DNA of 64,000 bases from Flavobacteriales bacterium (lineage in GTDB: Bacteria; Bacteroidota; Bacteroidia; NS11-12g; UBA955): positions 11,077 to 75,076 of the forward strand of contig CANHRE010000004.1 of the NCBI GenBank assembly GCA_947463095.1, read 5' to 3'. The translations under genes and the position numbers were made by a program. Position 1 is the first letter of the stretch, and each line of letters starts with the position of its first letter. The notes below the pieces were generated by a model. That model saw only the letters and a program-made list of their open reading frames with translations, was not told the origin of the DNA and made no database searches. Below, piece by piece: positions 19,091-30,202 of this stretch.

Positions 19091-20502
19091 ACCGTAAACT
19101 CCAGATTCTTAAGTACCTGCTGTCCGACTTTGCTTCGGCACTGGCCGCCTGGTGGCTGTTCTTTCTGTTCAGAAAAGATTTTATAGAAGCAGCCAAACAC
19201 GGCTACAGCATTCAGGTGGGCGATGATGCCAACCTGGTCCTCGGACTGCTGTTGCTGCCCTCGTGCTGGTTGCTGTTCTATACCCTCAGCGGATACTACC
19301 AGGACATACTCCGTCGCTCACGCATCAGAGAATTCTGGCGCACGCTGGTGAGCAGTACCATCGGTGCTTTGGCCGTGTTTTTCGTGTTGATTCTTGACGA
19401 TTCAGTGGCCGATTACCGCGACTATTATCGCTCGCTGCTGGTGTTTTGGAGCCTACATTTTTTGTTTACCATCTCCGGTCGCTGGCTTATTGCCAGCGCT
19501 CTGATTCGCAAAATTCAAAGGCGTGAGCTGGGTTTTCCAACCCTTTTGGTAGGTTCCGGACCGGCAGCAGCAAAGCTGTTCAGGGAGTTGGATGAAGCAC
19601 CCAGGTCTGAAGGTTTTTTGTTTGTAGGCTTTGTGCGCGTTGAAGAAGGGCAGAGAGCTGAATTCCACCGGCCCCTGCCCGAACTGGGGAATGCAAATCA
19701 GTTGCCCGAAATCATCAACAGCATGAACATTGAAGAAGTAATCATTGCCGTGGAAGAAGAAGAGCACCAGCAGGTTCCCGGTTTGGTGAATATGTTGCAA
19801 AATGAGTTTGTGCGGCTGAAAATATTACCGGATGCCTTCAGCATGGTGGTTGGTCTGGTGAAAATGAACAACATCCTTGGTGCCATCCTGCTGGAAGTGG
19901 ATTTTGAGGTGATGCCCGCCTGGCAAAAATCGGCAAAACGCATCTTTGATATCCTGTTCTCGCTGATTGCGCTGATGCTCACCCTTCCTTTTATGCTGTT
20001 GGTGGCAGCCGCCATAAAACTCAGCTCGCACGGCCCCGTATTTTATAGGCAGGAACGCATTGGTTATAAGGGTAAACCTTTCAACATCATCAAGTTCCGC
20101 ACTATGAAACAAGATGCAGAACAGGCAGGCCCGAAGCTTTCTTCCAAAACCGATCCGCGTATTACCCCCATTGGTCGTTTACTTCGAAAAACACGGCTGG
20201 ATGAACTGCCGCAGTTTATCAATGTGCTGAAGGGTGAGATGAGCGTGGTGGGCCCTCGCCCGGAACGCCAGCATTTTATCGATCAGATTCTGGTTAAAGC
20301 CCCATATTACCGGCGCCTCCATCGTGTTAAACCCGGTATCACCAGTTGGGGACAGGTAAAGTTCGGCTATGCCGAGAATGTGGACGAAATGGTGGAACGC
20401 CTGCGCTACGACATCCTTTACCTGGAAAATATGTCCATCGGTCTGGATATACGCATCATGCTTTATACCATCCTCATCATGGTACAGGGAAGGGGTAAAT
20501 AG
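19087..20502 (+). CDS. Polyprenyl-phosphate hexose-1-phosphate transferase (WbaP/exopolysaccharide sugar-transferase family)
   Basis: 471 aa. It has N-terminal TM helices, a central cytoplasmic domain and a C-terminal bacterial sugar-transferase domain (KRIFDILFSLIALMLTLPFMLLVAAAIKLSSHGPVFYRQERIGYKGKPFNIIKFRTM…DELPQFINVLKGEMSVVGPRPE). Confidence 0.85.
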   Translation: MNRKLQILKYLLSDFASALAAWWLFFLFRKDFIEAAKHGYSIQVGDDANLVLGLLLLPSCWLLFYTLSGYYQDILRRSRIREFWRTLVSSTIGALAVFFVLILDDSVADYRDYYRSLLVFWSLHFLFTISGRWLIASALIRKIQRRELGFPTLLVGSGPAAAKLFRELDEAPRSEGFLFVGFVRVEEGQRAEFHRPLPELGNANQLPEIINSMNIEEVIIAVEEEEHQQVPGLVNMLQNEFVRLKILPDAFSMVVGLVKMNNILGAILLEVDFEVMPAWQKSAKRIFDILFSLIALMLTLPFMLLVAAAIKLSSHGPVFYRQERIGYKGKPFNIIKFRTMKQDAEQAGPKLSSKTDPRITPIGRLLRKTRLDELPQFINVLKGEMSVVGPRPERQHFIDQILVKAPYYRRLHRVKPGITSWGQVKFGYAENVDEMVERLRYDILYLENMSIGLDIRIMLYTILIMVQGRGK

Positions 20503-20521
20503 GCGTGTTTTTTTGAAAACA

Positions 20522-20556
20522 ATAGTATTACTTTGCTGTTCTGATAGTAATACTAT
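20522..20556. promoter_or_regulatory. Candidate TetR operator: 11-bp inverted repeat ATAGTATTACT-N13-AGTAATACTAT
   Basis: The 11-bp arms are perfect reverse complements and lie between the sugar-transferase stop (20502) and the TetR start (about 20564). The repeat directly precedes the TetR-ABC-HlyD-TolC gene string. Confidence 0.6.
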
Positions 20557-20563
20557 AAAATCG

Positions 20564-21256
20564 GTGGAAACCCTCGACATCCAAACGGGAGCAAACCAGG
20601 ACCTGAATGGGCTGGTTTTTCTCAAGGATCCGGATAGCAGCGAAACGGGCCGTGAGATTGTGTTTCACGGTGCTGAAATGATGGCTCTTTCTGGAGTGGA
20701 ATCGTTTACCTTTCGCAAGCTGGCGGCAAAGGCCGGCATCACAGAAGCAACTGTTTACCGCTATTTCAGCAACAAGCATCAGCTGCTTCTGTATTTGTTA
20801 AACCGATACTGGAACGCCTTGGAGTACAAGGCCATGCAAGAAACCGTGCACATCAATAATCCATTGGAGCGTTTGCACCGTTTGGCAGAATTGCTTACCG
20901 GCCCGGTAATTCAGGCAGGGCAGGGCAACTTTGCCAGACATCTTTACGCCATTGCCATGAGCGAGTCGGTGAAGGTTCACCTTGGAACAGAAACCGGTTT
21001 AGACTGGCAAAAGGGTATGCTGAACGGATACGCCAGAATTACAGGTCTGGTGGCCGAAACCCTAAGAACGGCGTACCCGGAATACCCCTATCCGCAGGCC
21101 TGGGCTGCCACGTTTGTGGACAGCGCCATGCAACAGCAGTTTTTGATGAGGCACCTACCCGAACTTACTGAGGTGGGACAGTCGCCTGTTTCGCTCACTA
21201 AATTTCTCATGTCATTAATACCCAACCAAGCAAGTCTGGAACATGCAAGCCGCTGA
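20564..21256 (+). CDS. TetR/AcrR-family transcriptional regulator
   Basis: The HTH region is GVESFTFRKLAAKAGITEATVYRYFSNKHQLL. A GTG start at 20564 is proposed because there is no in-frame ATG between the upstream gene's stop and the HTH. The 20369 start in the ORF track overlaps the upstream gene. Confidence 0.7.
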   Translation: METLDIQTGANQDLNGLVFLKDPDSSETGREIVFHGAEMMALSGVESFTFRKLAAKAGITEATVYRYFSNKHQLLLYLLNRYWNALEYKAMQETVHINNPLERLHRLAELLTGPVIQAGQGNFARHLYAIAMSESVKVHLGTETGLDWQKGMLNGYARITGLVAETLRTAYPEYPYPQAWAATFVDSAMQQQFLMRHLPELTEVGQSPVSLTKFLMSLIPNQASLEHASR

Positions 21257-22919
21257 AATGCCCACCAGTCCGTTTAACCGCATCCTGCAACTGGTGCGTT
21301 CTGAACGGAGGAATGTAACCTATCTGTATGTGTACGCCATTTTCAGTGGCTTGATAAACTTATCGCTGCCCCTGGGCATTCAGGCCTTGGTAGGGCTGGT
21401 GCTGGGTGGGAATCTGTCATCATCATGGTTTATCTTGGCTTTAATGGTAACTCTGGGTGTATTGCTGGCAGGCATTACTCGTCTGGCGCAACTGTCCATT
21501 CTGGAAGTTATTCAGCGCAGGTTGTTTGTGCATGTGGCCATGCGCTTCAGCCGAAATCTGGCAGCTTCTGTTTATCCTGAAAAAATATACCCTAACCTGC
21601 CCGAATTATCGGATAAGTTCCTCGACATCATCACCATACAGAAAAGCTTCTCGAAGTTGCTGCTTGACTTCACAGCATCCTTACTGCAGCTGGTTTTCGG
21701 GCTGCTTTTGCTTTCATTGTATCATCCGTTGTTCATTGCCATCGGCGCCGGGCTGGTTGTAATTCTGGCGGCGGTAATCAGGGCAACATGGCATCGCGGA
21801 ATCATCACTTCCCGCAAGGAGAGTGACTACAAATTCAAAACAGCGTTTTGGCTTACAGAAATAGCATCCAACCGCAACATATTTCGCTTACAAGCCCGCA
21901 GGCAATACCACATGGAACGCACCAATGCTTATGTTGACGGATATCTGGAAGGTCGAGAGGGCCATTTCAAAGTCCTGATGTCGCAGGTGAGCCTCACTGT
22001 GGTTTTGAAAACCATGCTGATAGGCAGTTTGCTCTTTCTGGGAAGCGTATTGCTGGTGAATGAACAAATCAACCTCGGGCAATTTGTGGCCAGTGAAATT
22101 CTGGTAATCCTGTTGCTGGAATCGGTAGAAAAGTTGGTGCTGAGCGTAGAGCATATTTACGATTCTGCCATCGCGCTGGAAAAGGTATCGCTGGTTACCG
22201 ATCAGGCTGATGAGTTGCCCACCGGCGTTCATTTGGATATGCAGCAGGCACCTGAGCTCAGCATATACGACCGCAATACACGCAAAGACGTGCTGCACGT
22301 TCGGGCCGGTGAAAAAATCTGTATTTGCGGACAACCCGGTTCAGGACGAACGCGTATCCTAAAATGGTTCAGCGGCCTAACCGACAATCAATATGAAATG
22401 CTGGTAGCCGGTGTTCCTCTGGATAACCTGAACCTGGCTGATTACGGCGCGCATGTGGGCCTGTGCCTTCAATCCTCAGGAATTTTCAAAGGCACCCTGG
22501 CTGGAAATATTACCTTGTCTGATGAAGCGCCGGCTGAACGCATCAAGGTGCTGCTGGAGAAATTGCATCTGTCTGAATTTGTGCGGCATGCCGAACGCGG
22601 TTTGATGCACCAGTTTGAAGGAACCCGAACCCTTCCAAACCACATCCAGAAGAAAATAACCCTGGCCAGGGCCATATATCATCAGCCTACGCTTATACTG
22701 GTGGATGACATCTGGACCGCCTTCGACCGCAAAGAGCTGCAGGACATCCTTCAATATTTGAATGAACTACCCGCCACCGTTATCGTGGTGAGCAACCTGG
22801 CTCCGGTAGCTGCCGGATTTGATCGCTGTATCGAAATGAATGAAGCAGGCTTTACCGATTACGGGAAGGTTCAAACCGGTGCAATGCCGGAACGTTTAAC
22901 CAATTTTATGTGGCAGTAA
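21243..22919 (+). CDS. ABC exporter (fused TMD-NBD, type I secretion/peptide-exporter-like) with a degenerate nucleotide-binding domain
   Basis: 558 aa with an N-terminal 6-TM exporter domain. Walker A reads GQPGSGRT (K replaced by R). The signature motif is LPNHIQ, not LSGGQ. Walker B reads LILVDD (catalytic E replaced by D). The H-loop position is N (VIVVSN). Confidence 0.7.
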   Translation: MQAAEMPTSPFNRILQLVRSERRNVTYLYVYAIFSGLINLSLPLGIQALVGLVLGGNLSSSWFILALMVTLGVLLAGITRLAQLSILEVIQRRLFVHVAMRFSRNLAASVYPEKIYPNLPELSDKFLDIITIQKSFSKLLLDFTASLLQLVFGLLLLSLYHPLFIAIGAGLVVILAAVIRATWHRGIITSRKESDYKFKTAFWLTEIASNRNIFRLQARRQYHMERTNAYVDGYLEGREGHFKVLMSQVSLTVVLKTMLIGSLLFLGSVLLVNEQINLGQFVASEILVILLLESVEKLVLSVEHIYDSAIALEKVSLVTDQADELPTGVHLDMQQAPELSIYDRNTRKDVLHVRAGEKICICGQPGSGRTRILKWFSGLTDNQYEMLVAGVPLDNLNLADYGAHVGLCLQSSGIFKGTLAGNITLSDEAPAERIKVLLEKLHLSEFVRHAERGLMHQFEGTRTLPNHIQKKITLARAIYHQPTLILVDDIWTAFDRKELQDILQYLNELPATVIVVSNLAPVAAGFDRCIEMNEAGFTDYGKVQTGAMPERLTNFMWQ

Positions 22920-22920
22920 T

Positions 22921-24270
22921 ATGAACTTCAAACCAGATTCGGTGTTTGTTCACCTGAGCAGTTTCACCAGAATAAAAGAGAGTTTCTGGACGCGGAAGGG
23001 CATGGGACGCATGATGTGGGCCCTGCTGATCATCATCCTGGTGTTTATGTTCCTGCCCTGGACGCAAAACATTAACTCCTACGGAAGGGTAACCACCCTG
23101 CTCCCGGATCAGCGTCCACAGGAAGTACAAACCGTCATCGGCGGAAGATTGGCACAATGGCTGGTGCGCGAAGGCGATACCGTGCGCAAAGGCGATACCA
23201 TTGTGTTGATTACCGAAGTGAAGGATACCTACCTCGACCCAGGTTTGCTGGACCAAACCGAACGCCAGGTGAAAAGCAAAGAGCAGTCCATGGAGGGCTA
23301 CAGCTCGAAGGTGAATGCCATCAGCAGACAAATCAGTAGCCTGGAATCGCTGCAGGAACTTAAATACCGTCAGGCCGCCAACAAGGTAAGCCAGGAAAAG
23401 CTGAAGCTGAATGCGGATTTTGCAGAGCTGCAAGCTGCCCGAACCGATTTATCCATAGCCCGAACCAGGTATTCCAGAGATTCTTTATTGATGGTTCAGG
23501 GGTTGAAATCGCCCCTGGAATTGGAAAGCCGGAAGCTCAAACTTCAGGAAACCATTGCCAAGTTGAATTCGATGGAGAACAAATTGGACATCACCAAGTC
23601 AACCTTGTCCAATGCAGAATACGAGCTGCGCAATGTAATCAACGAATACGGAGAGAAGCTGGCCAAAGCGGAAAGTGAGCGCTTCAGCGCTGTTTCAGGC
23701 CAGATGGAAACAGAAGCTGAAATTGCCAAAATGCGCAATACCCTGAGCAACTATAAAATACGCTCCGGGTTTTATGTGGTTACAGCGCCTCAGGATGGCA
23801 TCATCACCCGCGCACTGACCGCAGGTCTTGGAGAAACAGTCAAGGAAGGTGAAGCCATCTGTTCTATCATGCCCCTGCATTATCGCCTGGCGGTGGAATT
23901 GTTCCTGGACCCTATGGATCTGCCCCTTATTCGCAAAGGCAGTAAGGTGCGCTTCCTGTTTGATGGCTGGCCCGCCCTGGTTTTTTCCGGCTGGCCCGCA
24001 ATGACTTACGGAACCTTTCCAGGTGCCGTAGTAGCCATTGACCCCTTTCCCGGCAAAGACGGAAAATACCGCGTGCTGGTCGCCCCACAGGAAAATGCCA
24101 AGGACTGGCCCGAAATGCTTCGCGTAGGGAGCGGAGCCAGAGGCATAGCCCTGCTCGGAAAAGTTCCTGTATGGTATGAAATATGGCGACAACTCAATGG
24201 GTTCCCTCCTGATTTTTACCACGGAACCGTGAAGCCTGAAACAGCAACACCTGACCAGGTTAAACGATGA
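22921..24270 (+). CDS. HlyD-family periplasmic adaptor (membrane fusion protein)
   Basis: 449 aa. There is a single N-terminal TM helix, a lipoyl/barrel-like N-terminal region, a long coiled-coil and a C-terminal beta-domain, which is the typical HlyD layout. Confidence 0.8.
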   Translation: MNFKPDSVFVHLSSFTRIKESFWTRKGMGRMMWALLIIILVFMFLPWTQNINSYGRVTTLLPDQRPQEVQTVIGGRLAQWLVREGDTVRKGDTIVLITEVKDTYLDPGLLDQTERQVKSKEQSMEGYSSKVNAISRQISSLESLQELKYRQAANKVSQEKLKLNADFAELQAARTDLSIARTRYSRDSLLMVQGLKSPLELESRKLKLQETIAKLNSMENKLDITKSTLSNAEYELRNVINEYGEKLAKAESERFSAVSGQMETEAEIAKMRNTLSNYKIRSGFYVVTAPQDGIITRALTAGLGETVKEGEAICSIMPLHYRLAVELFLDPMDLPLIRKGSKVRFLFDGWPALVFSGWPAMTYGTFPGAVVAIDPFPGKDGKYRVLVAPQENAKDWPEMLRVGSGARGIALLGKVPVWYEIWRQLNGFPPDFYHGTVKPETATPDQVKR

Positions 24271-25688
24271 AAAGTAGGATATCTCTGCTGCTTGCTATGC
24301 TGCTTCCCGGCTTTCTGGCCTTTGGGCAAGCAGATACGGTGCTGTTCCCCGTAAAAGTGGTGCTCGATATGGTGGCGGCAAACCACCCCGCACTGCGCCA
24401 GGCAGCACTGCTCTCCAAATCGGCCGAACTGAACCTCCGCCAGGCCAGAGGTTCCTTCGATCCCAAAATGTTCCTGGATAACAGCAATAAGCAGTTTCAA
24501 GGTAAAAATTATTATGACGTGCTGCATGTGGGCTTGAAAGTGCCCACCTGGTTTGGGCTGGAAGGACAATTTGGGTATGAACAGGCCCAAGGTACCAACC
24601 TGGACCCAGGTCAACTGTTGCCGCCTTCTGGATTATCCTATGCCGGGCTTTCTATGCCGCTGCTGCGCGGTTTGCTCACTGACCAGCGTCGAACAGCCCT
24701 GGCTATGGCGAAGGTGCAGGTTCAAAGTACCGTTTTTGAACGGCAGCAACTGCTCAATGGGTTGTGTGCCGATGTGTTTTCCGCTTATGTGCGCTGGTAT
24801 GGGGCATTTCTTGAATACGAATTGTTTTCATCAGCAACCCGCGCCGCAGAATTGCGCCTGAGACAGGTGAAACAGTCTGTGCTGGCTGGCGAGCGCGCAC
24901 GCATTGATACCCTTGAAAATGATGTACTCAGGCGCAACTTCACCCTATCGCGCGATGCCGCAGGAGCGAAAATGCTCAAAACGTCGCTTGAGCTAAGCGT
25001 GCACCTATGGAGTGAACAAGGTGAACCACTGGAAATGGCTTCCGCACTGAAACCCGGAGTCATAGGACTGGAAGTGCTGGACTCCATGGCCGATACATGG
25101 AACTTCAACCGCATGCGCAGCGATGTGCAGCAGCTGCAACCGCTGCTCAGAGAACAAGGGAACAACCTGAACCTCTATGTGCTGGAACGCAGGTTGAAAC
25201 AGCAGACGCTGCTTCCTGAACTCAACCTGAAATACAACATCCTTACAGAAGGAATATACCGCGCCAATCCACCCGCCGTACCCTATTGGAATAACTACCG
25301 CTGGGGCATCAGCGCACAATCCAGCCTGTTCCTGCGAAAGGAACGCGCCGCTTATGGATTGGCAGACGTGAAACTAGAACAGGCCAGAATTAAATATCGG
25401 ATGAAATCGCTGGAAACCACCCGAAAGTTGCAGGCCTATTGGTCTATGTATGCCACGTATAATGCGCTGGAACTGGATTACAGGAAGGTGGTGGCTGGTT
25501 ATCAGTCGCTGCTGGATGCGGAGCTGGCCAGACTGGAAGCAGGAGAGAGTACCCTGTTCCTGGTCAATACCCGCGAAATACGTTTTCTTGAAAGCCGCCT
25601 GAAGCTGGTTGAATACCAGATGGCGCGCTATCAGTACCTTTTGGATTACTTGAGGGAAGCAGGCCAGTTGTGGCGCTTTTTTCCCTGA
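24267..25688 (+). CDS. TolC-family outer-membrane efflux protein
   Basis: 473 aa with a signal peptide and two internal repeats of coiled-coil/beta segments. It is translationally coupled to the HlyD gene (overlap of 4 nt). Confidence 0.8.
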   Translation: MKSRISLLLAMLLPGFLAFGQADTVLFPVKVVLDMVAANHPALRQAALLSKSAELNLRQARGSFDPKMFLDNSNKQFQGKNYYDVLHVGLKVPTWFGLEGQFGYEQAQGTNLDPGQLLPPSGLSYAGLSMPLLRGLLTDQRRTALAMAKVQVQSTVFERQQLLNGLCADVFSAYVRWYGAFLEYELFSSATRAAELRLRQVKQSVLAGERARIDTLENDVLRRNFTLSRDAAGAKMLKTSLELSVHLWSEQGEPLEMASALKPGVIGLEVLDSMADTWNFNRMRSDVQQLQPLLREQGNNLNLYVLERRLKQQTLLPELNLKYNILTEGIYRANPPAVPYWNNYRWGISAQSSLFLRKERAAYGLADVKLEQARIKYRMKSLETTRKLQAYWSMYATYNALELDYRKVVAGYQSLLDAELARLEAGESTLFLVNTREIRFLESRLKLVEYQMARYQYLLDYLREAGQLWRFFP

Positions 25689-25770
25689 AAAGTCGGCGAA
25701 ACTTGTGGATAATAAAGCCCCCGCTCATGGCCGTTTCACGCGGGTTTAGCGGTATTTTTACCATCTCTAA

Positions 25771-27741
<1,971 letters not shown>

Positions 27742-27760
27742 CCTGAACCAACATTGATAA

Positions 27761-27794
27761 AAAAAGCATCCACCGCAGGTGGATGCTTTTTTTA
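27761..27794. terminator. Rho-independent terminator (bidirectional) between gyrB and the convergent thioredoxin-like gene
   Basis: Hairpin GCATCCACC-gcag-GGTGGATGC at 27766-27786, with an A-run before it and the T-run TTTTTTT after it. Confidence 0.75.
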
Positions 27795-27816
27795 TGCCTC
27801 AGCAAGCCAACACACT

Positions 27817-28425
27817 TTACAGTGCCAGCAAACTGCAAAGCTCCGATTGCAAGTCGGCGCTGTTGTTTTGTGCGTACCACTTGTGTACCCGTTCTGCATA
27901 GACATGATGGTCTTCATCTGCGGTACGGGCTTCATTTACCAAACGCTGCGCCTCGGTAGGACGTGGACCCCAGTTGCCGCAAACATGAAAATTGTCGTCC
28001 AGCTGTATCAGCTTCGGAATACTCTTCCCGCCATTGGTGAGCCATTGATTCATCAATTCGGGATGCTCGTCGCGCAGTAAAATACGAAGTTCAATAGTGT
28101 TTGAACTGTTAACACATACCTGATGCAATGCCGGCAGGTTCTGCGCAGCATCACCACACCAGGCTTCGGCAAGCACCAGCCAGCGAAGCGGAGCCTTTAT
28201 ATCCCCAATGACAGCACCCAAGGCTTCACTCATCACAAAGCGCTTCTCTACGCGATCCATTCGGTGCTCGTTCAGTCTGGAGTATTCCAGCATCTCAGGT
28301 GAGTGGTTCGTACCCGTGGTTTGCTCCTTTGCGTGTAGTGTTTCAATCAACAAGCGGTAGTGCCCATAGTTCATACCCTTGTCCCAGTATTGGCGATAGT
28401 AGCTCGCCATCATTTCTGCACTCAT
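27817..28425 (-). CDS. Thioredoxin-fold family protein (single Cys motif WCGD)
   Basis: 202 aa. LVLAEAWCGDAAQNLPAL matches thioredoxin-like proteins that have only one active-site Cys. The gene is adjacent to the UbiA prenyltransferase gene. Confidence 0.45.
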   Translation of the reverse strand: MSAEMMASYYRQYWDKGMNYGHYRLLIETLHAKEQTTGTNHSPEMLEYSRLNEHRMDRVEKRFVMSEALGAVIGDIKAPLRWLVLAEAWCGDAAQNLPALHQVCVNSSNTIELRILLRDEHPELMNQWLTNGGKSIPKLIQLDDNFHVCGNWGPRPTEAQRLVNEARTADEDHHVYAERVHKWYAQNNSADLQSELCSLLAL

Positions 28426-28456
28426 GGTAAAATTAACAACACACCGCTTTTTTGGT

Positions 28457-29389
28457 TTATTGTGCGGTCATTAGATGCGGCCACCAGATGCCCAGCGTGT
28501 ATAACAGGTATTCCAGGAAGAACAATCCCCAGAAACCCATATAAAAGCGATGCACCGCCTTGTTGCTGCGCACATTCAAACGATATCCAAGAACAAGAAA
28601 GGAAGTCCCAGCGCCGATGTGTGCGGCCGCAACCCAACCTACCTGTGGGGTCAGGAAACCCATGCTGAAGCAATAGCCCAGCCCGAAGTAGGAAAGTGCA
28701 ACAAACCACAATCCCAGTTTCAGCGCTGCCTGACGAGAATATTGCACGGCCACGGTGCGTATCTTGAACGCTGCATCACCGGTCGAATCAGGAATGTCTT
28801 TGAACCAGGCAATGGCCAGGCTGAAGAAGAAAATGAATGCCGTGAGCGGCCATAGAAATGGAGGAATGCTGAAACTGCCGCCCAGTGCATGCCGGAAGTG
28901 CAGGAAAATGCCCAAATTCACCAGTAAACCCCTCACCAGTGAAATTGCGGCGGCGGCGCCCAGGTGGTGCTTTTTGAACTTTATGGGAGGAAGTGAATAT
29001 ACCGCGCCAATCAGGCTGATCAGGGCAATGAGTGAGCAGAAATAAACAGAAAGCCAGAGGGCAATCCCTAATGAAATAAACAGGCAGGCCAAGCACAGAA
29101 CAAGGGCTTGCCGGGCGCTGATTTGTCCGGAGGGTATGGGCAACCAGGGTTTGTTGATTTTATCTAACTCCACGTCGGCCCATTGATTCAGCCCGGTGAT
29201 GAACATATTGCATGCCAGGCAGGCCGCCAGGGTAGCTATGCCAAGCAGGGCGCGGGCAGAATCCCAGCCGGGTATTTCTGATATTGCCAGCAGGAACAGC
29301 GCACTAACGCTGAACAATGAACCAATAATGGTATGAGGCCTTGAAAACCGCCACAGTACCAAAACCGGATGAAACATGCGCGCTAACAT
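28457..29389 (-). CDS. UbiA-family aromatic prenyltransferase
   Basis: 310 aa with about 8-9 TM helices. The first Asp-rich motif is NMFITGLNQWADVELDKINKP (NxxxDxxxD); a second Asp-containing loop is present. Confidence 0.75.
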   Translation of the reverse strand: MLARMFHPVLVLWRFSRPHTIIGSLFSVSALFLLAISEIPGWDSARALLGIATLAACLACNMFITGLNQWADVELDKINKPWLPIPSGQISARQALVLCLACLFISLGIALWLSVYFCSLIALISLIGAVYSLPPIKFKKHHLGAAAAISLVRGLLVNLGIFLHFRHALGGSFSIPPFLWPLTAFIFFFSLAIAWFKDIPDSTGDAAFKIRTVAVQYSRQAALKLGLWFVALSYFGLGYCFSMGFLTPQVGWVAAAHIGAGTSFLVLGYRLNVRSNKAVHRFYMGFWGLFFLEYLLYTLGIWWPHLMTAQ

Positions 29390-29432
29390 GCCGGCAAGGT
29401 ATAAAGGTTTTGTTTAAGCACCGAATGGGTAG

Positions 29433-30185
29433 TCAATGATCCGAAACCGCTGTGCACAGGAATACCTGAACAGGCAGCAGGGCGCTTCCTGCCTGAACCC
29501 AGATGCCGTGCGCACCTATGGCCTCAGCATGGCTCTTAAGCTGTTGGCGCCGCAGGGAACCCGGACTCTTCCACACACTGATTAATCCGTCCCAGGTTAC
29601 CGTGATGAGGTTTACAGGTACAATCCAGGTGAACAACAGGCGACTCCATTGAAAGGGTTTGACAAATGGGGCGAAGAGCACCTGGCCGAGGGTGGTTGCC
29701 AGCATAATACGCAGGGTACACCATAAATCAGGAGTCAGGATTTCTGCAACAAGCAGGCTGTGCCCCCGCGACAGTTGTCGGGTGATGATTCCCTTCTGTT
29801 CTTCAAGGCTGAAGTGGTGAAAGGTATTGAAAAAGGTGATCGTACTTCCCGGTACAGCCTCGCAAACCCTGGCATCTACAGGGTCGTTCAGGTAGTGGCA
29901 GGATTCCGGCAGGCTGATGTTGCTGTGGGGGTATAAATCGGTAAGCACAAAACGACTGTCTTTAAACAGGGGATGCCCGCTCAGCTGCGGAACAGGACCA
30001 CCGCTGCCCGAGCCCATGTCCGTAATGTGCTGCAACGCAGATGACTTAAGATGCTGATTCATCAACAACGGAATGTCGCGATACACCCTAAACAGCTGCA
30101 CCATCCAGCCTATAAAGGATGTTTGCTGACGCCGCAGTACATCGGGAAACCAGTCGTAATCTTCCAGCTCTTTCATGATGCACAA
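29433..30185 (-). CDS. Class I SAM-dependent methyltransferase-like protein
   Basis: 250 aa. Motif I is ITDMGSGSGGP, followed by an acidic beta2 end (VLTDLYP). The gene is arranged divergently/adjacent to the kinase fusion and the UbiA gene. Confidence 0.45.
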   Translation of the reverse strand: MCIMKELEDYDWFPDVLRRQQTSFIGWMVQLFRVYRDIPLLMNQHLKSSALQHITDMGSGSGGPVPQLSGHPLFKDSRFVLTDLYPHSNISLPESCHYLNDPVDARVCEAVPGSTITFFNTFHHFSLEEQKGIITRQLSRGHSLLVAEILTPDLWCTLRIMLATTLGQVLFAPFVKPFQWSRLLFTWIVPVNLITVTWDGLISVWKSPGSLRRQQLKSHAEAIGAHGIWVQAGSALLPVQVFLCTAVSDH

Positions 30186-30202
30186 AGCTATATTGCAACT
30201 TC

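Noticed and set aside
20369-20563. Upstream extension of the TetR ORF (track start 20369)
   Set aside because: The extension overlaps the last 134 nt of the sugar-transferase gene and contains no Met before the HTH. Starting after the operator palindrome at the GTG near 20564 is more plausible.
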